DNA from: an uncultured Candidatus Saccharibacteria bacterium
GTDB lineage: Bacteria; Patescibacteriota; Saccharimonadia; CAILAD01; BJGX01
Direction of reading: 5' to 3'
Assembly: GCA_964390265.1 (NCBI GenBank)
Contig: CAYMHI010000002.1
Location: forward strand, 4,254 to 68,253
Length of the DNA stretch: 64,000 bases
Within the stretch, counting starts at the first letter, position 1. The number at the start of each line of letters is the position of its first letter. Below the pieces are notes generated by a model. It was not told the origin of the DNA, made no database searches, and saw nothing but the letters and a program-made list of their open reading frames with translations. A program made the translations under genes and the position numbers. Positions 39,838 to 49,815 of this stretch are shown here, piece by piece.

Positions 39838-39867
39838 GGTGAATGTTTCGCCTCTTTCAGTCCTCGT

Positions 39868-39969
39868 CTAGAAGATCCAGGTCAAAACCAGGTACTCGAG
39901 GTAGCTGATGAAACAGCAGGCCAACAAGATCGAGGCGGTTACAATCTGGTGGCGAGTGATATGAGTCAC
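39868..39969 (-). CDS. Possible 33-aa hydrophobic peptide (or frameshifted remnant)
   Basis: AAAGGAG RBS then GTG; MTHITRHQIVTASILLACCFISYLEYLVLTWIF. Confidence 0.35.
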   Translation of the reverse strand: MTHITRHQIVTASILLACCFISYLEYLVLTWIF

Positions 39970-40013
39970 GGGGCTCTCCTTTGTTGAGGGTCTGTTTCGA
40001 GAAGTTAGTAATC

Positions 40014-40289
40014 CTACTTCATTCGGCTTTCCTTGCGGTTACGCATATTCACACCCATCAGAGCATTACAGTTTGGGCAGGTGACTACTGCTTCTTCATA
40101 TGATACGAGGAAGGTGATAATGTCTTCCTCTCTGCTGTGACCAGGATCGGGATCGAATCGCCTGGTGCTGGTTGCAGGGCGTCACCGAATAGGGTCGTTG
40201 ACGTGATCTACCTCAATTTCTGAGAGGCAAGTTGGGCAAGTGTGTAGCTTTAGACACTTGCTTCCATTTCGTTGTTGGACGATTCTCAT
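40014..40289 (-). pseudogene. Zinc-ribbon gene paralogous to 38743-39039, interrupted by an in-frame TGA at codon 36
   Basis: MRIVQQ...CPTCLSEIEVDHVNDPIR*RPA...TCPNC...K; TGA at 40182-40184 with the frame open on both sides. Confidence 0.7.
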
Positions 40290-40312
40290 GTTGTTCCTTT
40301 TTAGGTACGGGT

Positions 40313-40363
40313 CTGATTTCGTCGTTTTCGACTCTTCAGGGCAAGTACACACTTGCCGATCAG
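40313..40363 (-). ncRNA. Type III hammerhead ribozyme (HHR-B)
   Basis: CUGAU C GGCAAG-UGUGUA-CUUGCC CUGAAGA GUCG-AAAA-CGAC GAA AUCAG; 2 nt different from HHR-D. Confidence 0.92.
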
Positions 40364-40402
40364 GGGGAGGTTTTGTAAGGACCTCCCAGAACCTTTCTCG
40401 AT

Positions 40403-41023
40403 CTACTCGAGACTAGCCACATCCTTCAGGATTCGCTGCAACACCCGTTCGGCCTTGAGGTCGATGTTGGGCTCTGCAGCAAAGACGGTGTAGCGGGGAT
40501 GGGCACTCCACACCTCTCGAGTTGCCAGCTCAATCTCGGCAGCCTCCTCGAGTGACTCCATGCGCTCAGCGTTACCTTGCTTGCCGTAGCTTGCAGGGTT
40601 GCCGATAGCCAGAGACTCGAGATGGTACACCGAGTGGTAGCGCTGCAGAGTAGCCTCGAGGTTGAGTCCGTAGGTAGCAGCAAACTTAGTTGCGCCACCA
40701 GGGGTGTAGGCCGCTCCATCGAGCATTCCTCGGTCGAGCACCAGCATCTTCTTGCCAGCCTCTTGTGCCTCGTGGACCCAGAAGCTTTCAAGCCGCTGCT
40801 GAAGGTCGAGTATGGCACCCTGGAAGTTGTACCTCCAGTGGTCGCTGTACTCTACCTCGCGCCCCGGAACCGGGTATCCCCCCGAGAGCAGCACGGTGGC
40901 TGCTTCGGGTACGAACGCTGCATTGGGCAACGCTGCTCTCAGGTACTCTAGCACGGTGCTTTTACCGGCGCAGGGGCCGCCAGTCAGCACCAGCATGGGG
41001 ATGGTAGCAAGGATGGTGGTCAT
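40403..41023 (-). CDS. AAA_28/NadR-like P-loop kinase/ATPase
   Basis: VLTGGPCAGKST, VPEAAT, LDRGMLDG; GC-rich codon usage. Confidence 0.85.
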   Translation of the reverse strand: MTTILATIPMLVLTGGPCAGKSTVLEYLRAALPNAAFVPEAATVLLSGGYPVPGREVEYSDHWRYNFQGAILDLQQRLESFWVHEAQEAGKKMLVLDRGMLDGAAYTPGGATKFAATYGLNLEATLQRYHSVYHLESLAIGNPASYGKQGNAERMESLEEAAEIELATREVWSAHPRYTVFAAEPNIDLKAERVLQRILKDVASLE

Positions 41024-41203
41024 ATTTCCTCCAGGGTAATTCCGTCCGGACTATCCGGCTCGGCTACCTGGCAGTGATCACTTTTTTTGCCAGGGTACCA
41101 AGCCGGATTTTACCTAGAGTTTTTCACTTATCTTTGCCTAGCCTTTATTATGTGGTGGCGCTCGGTGGTATATCTAGTCAATTTATTTTGAGTCAAGGTT
41201 CTT

Positions 41204-41265
41204 TAACTTTCGCCCTGCCGTTACAGTTGTGGGCTCATCAGGACTGGTACTCACCAGTCGAGTTA
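41204..41265 (-). ncRNA. Type III hammerhead ribozyme (HHR-A)
   Basis: UAACU C GACUGG-UGAGUA-CCAGUC CUGAUGA GCCC-(15 nt)-GGGC GAA AGUUA; CUC site. Confidence 0.9.
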
Positions 41266-41311
41266 GTGGGAGCTTTTGGCAGGAGCTCCCGAAAACCTGT
41301 GTGTGAGCTGG

Positions 41312-41563
41312 TTAGCTCCGGCGCCAGTCGATGTCTTTGCCGGGCTTGGCCAGCTTGTGGCCCTCCTCTCGTAGAGCCTCAGCGACCTGCTTCATCATCG
41401 GGCGGGTCATTTTCAGCTCTGGCTTGAGCTTCTTGCCGCAGCCCTTGCAGTTGCCAGCTTGGCCGAGCAGAGCCTTGCGGATGCCCTCGCGAGTAGCTCG
41501 ATCAGGCCGGTTGCGGTGGTTGCACTTGCTGCAGATGATGTAGTAGGGGTGCCAGACAGCCAT
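41312..41563 (-). CDS. Small basic zinc-ribbon protein
   Basis: AAGGAG RBS; CSKC and CKGC; GC-rich codons. Confidence 0.75.
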   Translation of the reverse strand: MAVWHPYYIICSKCNHRNRPDRATREGIRKALLGQAGNCKGCGKKLKPELKMTRPMMKQVAEALREEGHKLAKPGKDIDWRRS

Positions 41564-41618
41564 GTTATCTCCTTGGTGTCGAGGTGCGCCTTTGAGCGGT
41601 TGCTCTAGGCCGAAAACA

Positions 41619-41647
41619 ATTTTACCTTAAATAACACAAAAAGTCAA
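41619..41647 (-). promoter_or_regulatory. Sigma70-type promoter heading the cassette array
   Basis: Minus strand TTGACT-17 nt-TAAAAT. Confidence 0.7.
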
Positions 41648-41745
41648 TGTATAAATAGTCAAAATAATAGATAACAGATAAGAAAAGTAATAGAAACTGT
41701 CGAAAAGCCATCGACAAAAAGTGTATAAAGTGTATAATTAAACCT

Positions 41746-42531
41746 ATGGACACTCAAACAATACAAGAGCTCGGCTTAAACGAATCACAAGCTAAAATGT
41801 ATGTTTTACTTATGCAGCATGGCAGCCTTACTCCCCCCGAAGCAGCAAAATTGTCTGGCGAAAGTCGAACTACGGTTTATTCAATACTAGAAAAATTAGA
41901 GAAGCTTGGCCTAATAAAAAAGAAGTTAGGAACAAAAAAAGTTACATATTTACCTGAAAACCCAGCTGCTCTAGAGAAACTTGCCGAGACAAAGTACCAG
42001 CAAACGGTTGAGCTTAAGCAAAAGATTGCTAGTAACATGACTCGCTATATGACATATTTTTACACCTATCAAGAACAACCGGGAGTACGATTTTTTCAAG
42101 GTGAAGACGGAATTGTAAAGATGTATGAAGACCAACTTCGCACTAAGAAAAATATTTACTTTTTGCGCTCCGAAAGCGATGTAAATGTAATGGGTAAAAC
42201 AATTTATAAGGTCATAGAAAACCGCCACAAGCTCGGTATAAAGGTCTACGGAATTGAGGCTGGTGAAGCTGATAATATTGAGTTCTCGCGACAAAACGAC
42301 ATTAGGCTAGGCCGAAAAATATCTTTTTACCCTACTGGTTTGTACACCGCACCTGTTAATTTTTACACCTATGGCACCAAAACAGCCTTAATATCTTATG
42401 GCGAAGAAGTAATTGGTACCATAATTGAATCACCACAGATAGCACAGGCTTTTCGGCAAATTCATACCATGCTCAAAATAGCCGTCGATTCTTTAAACGA
42501 TCAACCCAAAAAGAGTAAACTAGAGTTATGA
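41746..42531 (+). CDS. TrmB family HTH transcriptional regulator
   Basis: LGLNESQAKMY...RTTVYSILEKLEKLGL, P.VRFFQG..GI. Confidence 0.88.
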   Translation: MDTQTIQELGLNESQAKMYVLLMQHGSLTPPEAAKLSGESRTTVYSILEKLEKLGLIKKKLGTKKVTYLPENPAALEKLAETKYQQTVELKQKIASNMTRYMTYFYTYQEQPGVRFFQGEDGIVKMYEDQLRTKKNIYFLRSESDVNVMGKTIYKVIENRHKLGIKVYGIEAGEADNIEFSRQNDIRLGRKISFYPTGLYTAPVNFYTYGTKTALISYGEEVIGTIIESPQIAQAFRQIHTMLKIAVDSLNDQPKKSKLEL

Positions 42532-43898
42532 ACCAAAAAAACCTCAAAAGTATTTTTAAGGCTTACGACATCAGGGGCCTATCGCCCAAAGAGCTCAACC
42601 CCAAGGTAGCCTATAGCATTGCTCGAGCTTTTGCTGATTTTTTACCCAAAGGTAGAGTAGCGGTTGGTTACGATATGCGCAAAGACTCGCATAGGCTTGC
42701 CGTCGCCTTTATGGCCGGCTTGGTCAAGCAGGGTAGAGAGGTGATTGATCTGGGCCTAATCACCTCCGATATGATTTACTACGCTATTGGCCACTACAAG
42801 CTAGCGGGTGGTGCGATGATAACTGCTAGCCACAATCTGGCAGGCTATGACGGCATTAAACTGACAGGCAAAAACGTGGTACCTATTGGTATAGACTCGG
42901 GTCTACTCAAGATAGAAGATAAGGTAGAGCACCATCATTTCAAAAAACTACATAAGCAAGGTTATGACATTGGGCAAATTGCCAAAAAAGATATTACCAA
43001 AGAATGGGTAGAGCATGCTCTAGAGATTGTGGGCTTGGGCAATTCACGTTTAAGTATTGCCACCGATACTGGCAATGGTATGGCCTCGATAGTTTTGCCG
43101 TATCTAGACGAACTCACCGATTTGCAAATTGAGAGCTTGTATACCGAGCTTGATGGCAGCTTCCCCAACCACCCAGCCAATCCACTCAATGTAGCCAACA
43201 ACAAGGCACTGTGCAAATTAGTAGCCAAAAACCATCTCGATTGTGGGCTTGCGTTTGATGGCGATGGCGACAGGGCCTTTGTGGTAGACGATCAAGGCAA
43301 TCTACTTAGCGCCAGCGTACTAGGGGCAATAATTGCTCGCGATATACTTGAGTGCGAGCCTGGCCAAACTATTTTGTATAGCGCTACAGCATCAGATATT
43401 GTACCGGCTACCATTGAGAGCTTTGGTGGTCACTCGATTCGTACCAGGGTAGGTCATAGTTTTGTTAAGGCCGATATGAAAAAGCATCATGCTATATTTG
43501 GCATTGAGCACTCTGGCCATTTTTACTATGCTCAAAACTACAATGCCGATAGCGGTCTTATTACGGCCTTGACGATTCTAAAAATAATTGCTCAAAGCGG
43601 CAAGCCACTCTCTGAGATAGCTGCGCCTTTTGTGAGTATGTATGCCAACTCTGGTGAGCTAAACTTTGAAGTAAGTGAGCCCAAAGATGCTCTCAAAATA
43701 CTACAACGACACTTTAATAACGCCGAGACCGATGAGCTTGAGGGTCTTACTGTTCGCTATCGCAACTGGTGGTTTAATGCCAGAGCCAGTAACACCGAGC
43801 CATACTTGCGAGTAAACATTGAGGCTGACAGTGCCTATATACTAAAAGCTTACCAAAAAGAAATTACTCGGTTACTGAAAGAAAAGAAGATTAAATAG
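42528..43898 (+). CDS. manB: Phosphomannomutase/phosphoglucomutase
   Basis: IFKAYDIRG, MITASHN, FDGDGDR, RASNTEP. Confidence 0.93.
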   Translation: MNQKNLKSIFKAYDIRGLSPKELNPKVAYSIARAFADFLPKGRVAVGYDMRKDSHRLAVAFMAGLVKQGREVIDLGLITSDMIYYAIGHYKLAGGAMITASHNLAGYDGIKLTGKNVVPIGIDSGLLKIEDKVEHHHFKKLHKQGYDIGQIAKKDITKEWVEHALEIVGLGNSRLSIATDTGNGMASIVLPYLDELTDLQIESLYTELDGSFPNHPANPLNVANNKALCKLVAKNHLDCGLAFDGDGDRAFVVDDQGNLLSASVLGAIIARDILECEPGQTILYSATASDIVPATIESFGGHSIRTRVGHSFVKADMKKHHAIFGIEHSGHFYYAQNYNADSGLITALTILKIIAQSGKPLSEIAAPFVSMYANSGELNFEVSEPKDALKILQRHFNNAETDELEGLTVRYRNWWFNARASNTEPYLRVNIEADSAYILKAYQKEITRLLKEKKIK

Positions 43899-43953
43899 TT
43901 CTCCCTGTGCCTTTCCTGTCTGCCAGCAGAGTGCTACCTGCTACAATAATATT

Positions 43954-44808
43954 ATGATAAGAGCCGCCCAAACCGACAAAAAACTAAAAGAATCAATTTT
44001 AGAATTGCTTAGTTTTTGTACTGAGCACGGAATTAGTCTTGATGAATCCGAAATATTGCAGCATCTACCAGTTAGAGCAAGCAGTGTAGGTGTAAACTCT
44101 CACTTAAGATGGCTAGTGGAACAAAAAAAGGTTACTAAGTTGAAAGATAATAGTTATGGAATTATTAAGGCAAAGTTTTCGGGTGCTCATAGACTTAGCG
44201 ATATTTACAAACAAATGCATTACTCTAGAAAAGTAAAAAATATAGTCAAGGTTGCCAAAATGGTGCCGTTTATAAAGGCAGTTCTAATTAGTAGCGATAG
44301 TATTTTTCACCCAATAGATAAAAATAAGTCACATCAAGAGTTAATAATTGTAACTCTTCCAAATAGAATCTATTTGGCCAAAGATATCATAAGATCTACG
44401 GCATATCGAACTAACAACAAGCAAGATAAAGCTAAATCTAAAAAAAATTCTCTCAAAGCTAGCTGCCAAGACATATATTACTCTACGGCTGGGCTTAGGT
44501 TTGTAGATAAAATGGGAAAATCTCAATTAGAAAAAGTGCTATGGGCAGCTTTTGCCAAGCCAATATACGGCAACTCAACATGGCAGAATTTGTTGCATAA
44601 CGATCCGTTTATATCTCGCCATCTTCCTAATAATCCCTATGTTCATAAGGTGGGCAAAATAGATGTGTCTACCAGTCGGTGGCTAGATAGTTTGGACAAT
44701 GCTCGTTATAGAGACTATCTACAAGAAATGTCAAAATTGAAAGATTTTAAAGACAGCTCACACTTTTTACGTATACGACCCGATGTGTTTATTGTTAAAG
44801 AAAATTAA
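43954..44808 (+). CDS. Hypothetical protein (possibly degenerate nucleotidyltransferase fold)
   Basis: 284-aa ORF; VPFIKAV...ELIIVTLPNRIY segment without a clear DxD. Confidence 0.6.
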   Translation: MIRAAQTDKKLKESILELLSFCTEHGISLDESEILQHLPVRASSVGVNSHLRWLVEQKKVTKLKDNSYGIIKAKFSGAHRLSDIYKQMHYSRKVKNIVKVAKMVPFIKAVLISSDSIFHPIDKNKSHQELIIVTLPNRIYLAKDIIRSTAYRTNNKQDKAKSKKNSLKASCQDIYYSTAGLRFVDKMGKSQLEKVLWAAFAKPIYGNSTWQNLLHNDPFISRHLPNNPYVHKVGKIDVSTSRWLDSLDNARYRDYLQEMSKLKDFKDSSHFLRIRPDVFIVKEN

Positions 44809-44829
44809 TAATTTTATTGTCAAAAGGTA

Positions 44830-44858
44830 TTGACATCATTGTGCTTATGTGATACTAT
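44830..44858 (+). promoter_or_regulatory. Sigma70 promoter of large structured RNA 1
   Basis: TTGACA-17 nt-TACTAT with TG extension. Confidence 0.75.
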
Positions 44859-44864
44859 GTATTT

Positions 44865-45790
44865 CTACCTAGGCAAAAGCCAATGGTTGCACCACAACAA
44901 AAAGGTCTTGGGTGCTCCGAAAGGAGCAGCACGACTCGTCTTGGAGAAATCCCTCTCGTAAAGAGAAAAAGACGAAGCGTGTATTGGTCTACAGAGCTTA
45001 AAGGCACTGTATATCAATCCCTCACAAACCTGATACTGCTGCAAGGAGGCAAGGCGCCGTAGTCCCTCGAGCCCCGCGCGCAACGCGGAGCTGGGATCGC
45101 CGCCTTGGCTCGGAGCCGCCATCGGGCGTAGTCTCCGGGCCACGAGACCCTGCAGTAGTTAAGGGCACCGTTACCCAGGCCGGGAGCGGTGCAGCGGGGC
45201 CGGTGGTGAGTCGGGGCACAGCTCGACACCACCACCGGCCCCTTCGAAATCCTCGATTCAAAGAACGCTAGGCACCGACTGAGGTCCGCGACCTCTGCCT
45301 GGTATCGAGGTAGCCACACGGCTGAGTTCATCTCGCGAAAACCTGTAATGAAAGGGGAACCAGTGGTTCCACCCGGCAACTAAGCCCCTCTTAGTAGGGG
45401 TACGGGCTTGCCCGAACCACATCCGCCCTCGCTGAGACCGAAAGGAACAAGGCGTGACACGAGAAGATTTACCCTAGCCTTGACCGAGAGAGTAAGTGGG
45501 CGAAAAACAATCCCAGCTCTCGTGATAGGCGCCTCCGTCCCGTTCTTAGGTGCTAGGTGTTGCACCACACCTAAGAACACGCGGCCAAGCTGCCAGAGAC
45601 CACCCCGGTGCAAGACCGGAGTAGAAGTGAGCGAGCGTTGTGCGCAAGATTGTTTTTGACTCCCCCTCAGGCAACTAGAGCCGAGGTGAGCGAGCCCAAA
45701 ACCATGACAGCCACAGCGCCAAACAGACTCTACCTACGTCTTAGCGGCTTTGGTCGCACCCCACACCCTCCACCAGGAGGGTGTTATTCG
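44865..45790 (+). ncRNA. Candidate large structured ncRNA 1 (about 925 nt), family unassigned
   Basis: GC-rich island without a credible ORF; nested 5'/3' long-range helices; GNRA/CUUG-capped hairpins; terminal hairpin 45763-45784. Confidence 0.75.
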
Positions 45791-45846
45791 TTATATAGAC
45801 ATAAATAATGCTTGACACAGCACTTACCGCACTAGTAGAATAACTA

Positions 45847-45873
45847 TTAGCACTCCACCGCTATGAGTGCTAA
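45847..45873 (+). promoter_or_regulatory. CIRCE element (HrcA operator)
   Basis: Perfect TTAGCACTC-N9-GAGTGCTAA upstream of groES. Confidence 0.97.
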
Positions 45874-45892
45874 TGCTTATCTAAAAAACTAA

Positions 45893-45954
45893 TGTCATAT
45901 CGAGCGTAGTTGAGAGATCTAAGAAAAGATTTCTCCAGTCCAGTCGAAATGACA
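45893..45954. repeat. REP-like imperfect palindrome in the groES leader
   Basis: TGTCATATCGAGCGTAGTTGAGAGATCT...AGATTTCTCCAGTCCAGTCGAAATGACA. Confidence 0.55.
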
Positions 45955-45978
45955 AGTAATTTGTAAAAAGGAGAACGT

Positions 45979-47893
<1,915 letters not shown>

Positions 47894-48035
47894 TTTCGCA
47901 CTAAGCGACAATTAATTGACTTAAATAAAAAGACCTCTTACAACGGAGGTCTTTTTAGTAATTGACAAAGAGTATATAGCATGCTATACTACTATTTGTT
48001 CCATAAGGAATTTCCCGTTGATCACTAGGAGCGAT

Positions 48036-48293
48036 ATGAGCGACATGTTTGCTTTGACCGTCGGCAACGACGGTGTGTTCCACGCCGGTAACGCCAGTGA
48101 TGACCTGGTACCCGGCGAGGAAACCACGCCAGTCTCCGCACCTCCGCGCGGTCTCGATCCCGAAGACAACGAGTTGCGCTCGCCCGTCTTCGATCCGCAT
48201 CGCTGCCGAGCGTTGGCGGAATGCGACAGTTGGGACCTCCACGGCCCCGATCGCGTCGAGTCGAGTGGGCGAAAGCCCAGAGATCGCAAGTAG
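48036..48293 (+). CDS. Small GC-rich orphan protein
   Basis: Own promoter-like sequence, AGGAG RBS and downstream terminator hairpin. Confidence 0.55.
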   Translation: MSDMFALTVGNDGVFHAGNASDDLVPGEETTPVSAPPRGLDPEDNELRSPVFDPHRCRALAECDSWDLHGPDRVESSGRKPRDRK

Positions 48294-48435
48294 AAAACAG
48301 CAACAAACGCCCTGCCCACCCCGAGGCTTGCCCGTCAAAAGGCAAGCCTCTTTACTAATAAATCATTCTAGACACATAGTTTATAAATTGCTACAATTAC
48401 TGGGCATTTGTACCCCTCAATAAGAAAGGCGAGAG

Positions 48436-48888
48436 ATGACAGCGGTAGAGAGATTACGAGGTGGGCTTGAAAGAGAGGCTGCGCTCGAGGAAGCGTCGCG
48501 CAAAAGCATACCATGCCTAAAGCCAGGCATATTGGTATTAGCCGATCTAAGCGAACTACGCCATAAGGCAGACCGCCAAGATCTGCAGGTTCCGGTAGTG
48601 TTGATTCACTCCGTGGAGTGCAGTTGTTTCTGGAAAGCAGCCTGCACAACCATTAGGTCAACCAACCCAATCAATGGGCGAAAAATGCCAAGACTGGATT
48701 GCACAGGTGATGGTGTTCTTCCACAGCTGTATCTGCGTGCAAGTAAAGTCATCGAGCTACCCGATTTTGCGGTAGTTAGGCACTTGGCCACACTCACGCC
48801 AAATGATGCCGAGAGGGTAATTCGTACATACAATTATTACGGTGCCATTGCCAGTAGGCTGCGAAAAGTGGCCAACGGTATAAGCTAA
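48436..48888 (+). CDS. Hypothetical protein, weak PemK/MazF-like pattern
   Basis: PVVLI...CTT...VVRHLATLTPNDAERV resembles the MazF C-terminus. Confidence 0.5.
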   Translation: MTAVERLRGGLEREAALEEASRKSIPCLKPGILVLADLSELRHKADRQDLQVPVVLIHSVECSCFWKAACTTIRSTNPINGRKMPRLDCTGDGVLPQLYLRASKVIELPDFAVVRHLATLTPNDAERVIRTYNYYGAIASRLRKVANGIS

Positions 48889-49020
48889 CTCACTCAGCCA
48901 ACAGCCCTTATTGTCTACAACAGTAAGGGTTTTTAAATTACCAACTAGACACCCTACAGGTATGTTTGTTACAATAAATAGCGTTTTGTACCTTATAGGC
49001 GAGAGAGGCGAGGTAAGTTA

Positions 49021-49815
49021 ATGCAAACTAAGCTAAGAGATCACACCCAGGCCGATATGGCCTTTAGAGCCGGTAGAACAGATAGGGCAATAAAGTACTA
49101 CCAAGCGTGCCTAGATGTGTATCGAGTGAATGGTGATGTATATGGCCTGGCTGGCTGCACTCATTCTCTTGGAGTGGCCCTGGTATACGAAAACTGCCCC
49201 AAGGAGGGCATGGAGGCTCTTCTGCAGGCTCGTATAGCCTGGACTGGCCAAAACCGCATCAACGAGGTGGGCAGGGCCGAAAGAGATATTGGAGTAGCCC
49301 ATATGCTGTTTAGGCAGTATTTTGAAGCCAACGAGTGGCTAGAACGTAGTCGCCAAACTCTTGGTTTTAGTAAGGCTACCGAGAGAGGCCTCACCGAGGC
49401 AAAGAGGGGTAGACTATACAGCCTAGATGGCGAGTTCGATATGGTTGATGGCTGTTTTGATGAGGCATTTACCCTTGTAGCCCAAGCACAGTCGCCAGAG
49501 GTAGTTTGTGTGGTACATATAGACAACGCTTTTGCCTGTATGGAGCGTTTGCAGTGGGGACATATGCACAACCATCTGGAGGCCGCTTGGCAGATAATTC
49601 ATTGCCTGGGCGATCAACTAATACGGCAAATGTTGCAACTAACCACTCTCAATGCGCGCTGGTTAATGAACAACTCGGAGTGGGTGCACGCCCAGAAGTT
49701 ATTTAGAGAGAAGTTTGTTGAACCTAGCAGAGATCTCTCGCCTGGAATGGTTGAGGTATTGAAGCGTGAGGTTGGTGCCGATGAACTTGCCGAACTACTA
49801 CTAGTAGATTTCTAG
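49021..49815 (+). CDS. TPR-like protein
   Basis: AIKYYQACL, HSLGVAL, RDIGVAH helical repeats. Confidence 0.7.
   Translation: MQTKLRDHTQADMAFRAGRTDRAIKYYQACLDVYRVNGDVYGLAGCTHSLGVALVYENCPKEGMEALLQARIAWTGQNRINEVGRAERDIGVAHMLFRQYFEANEWLERSRQTLGFSKATERGLTEAKRGRLYSLDGEFDMVDGCFDEAFTLVAQAQSPEVVCVVHIDNAFACMERLQWGHMHNHLEAAWQIIHCLGDQLIRQMLQLTTLNARWLMNNSEWVHAQKLFREKFVEPSRDLSPGMVEVLKREVGADELAELLLVDF

Noticed and set aside
39843-39862. Fifth hammerhead (CUGAAAGAGGCGAAAC on the minus strand)
   Set aside because: Core spacing is wrong, stem II is absent and no flanking stems were found
38265-41300. CRISPR array or integron attC array
   Set aside because: Repeats are not regular or identical, the spacers are whole genes, and no cas or intI gene or clear attC boxes are visible
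45678-45737. Group II intron 3' end (GAGCCG ... GACTCTAC)
   Set aside because: No domain V hairpin can form and no exon context or RT ORF is present
44865-45808. Several 66-121 aa ORFs on both strands
   Set aside because: Overlapping frames without RBS, as expected by chance in GC-rich structured DNA; RNA structure explains the region better
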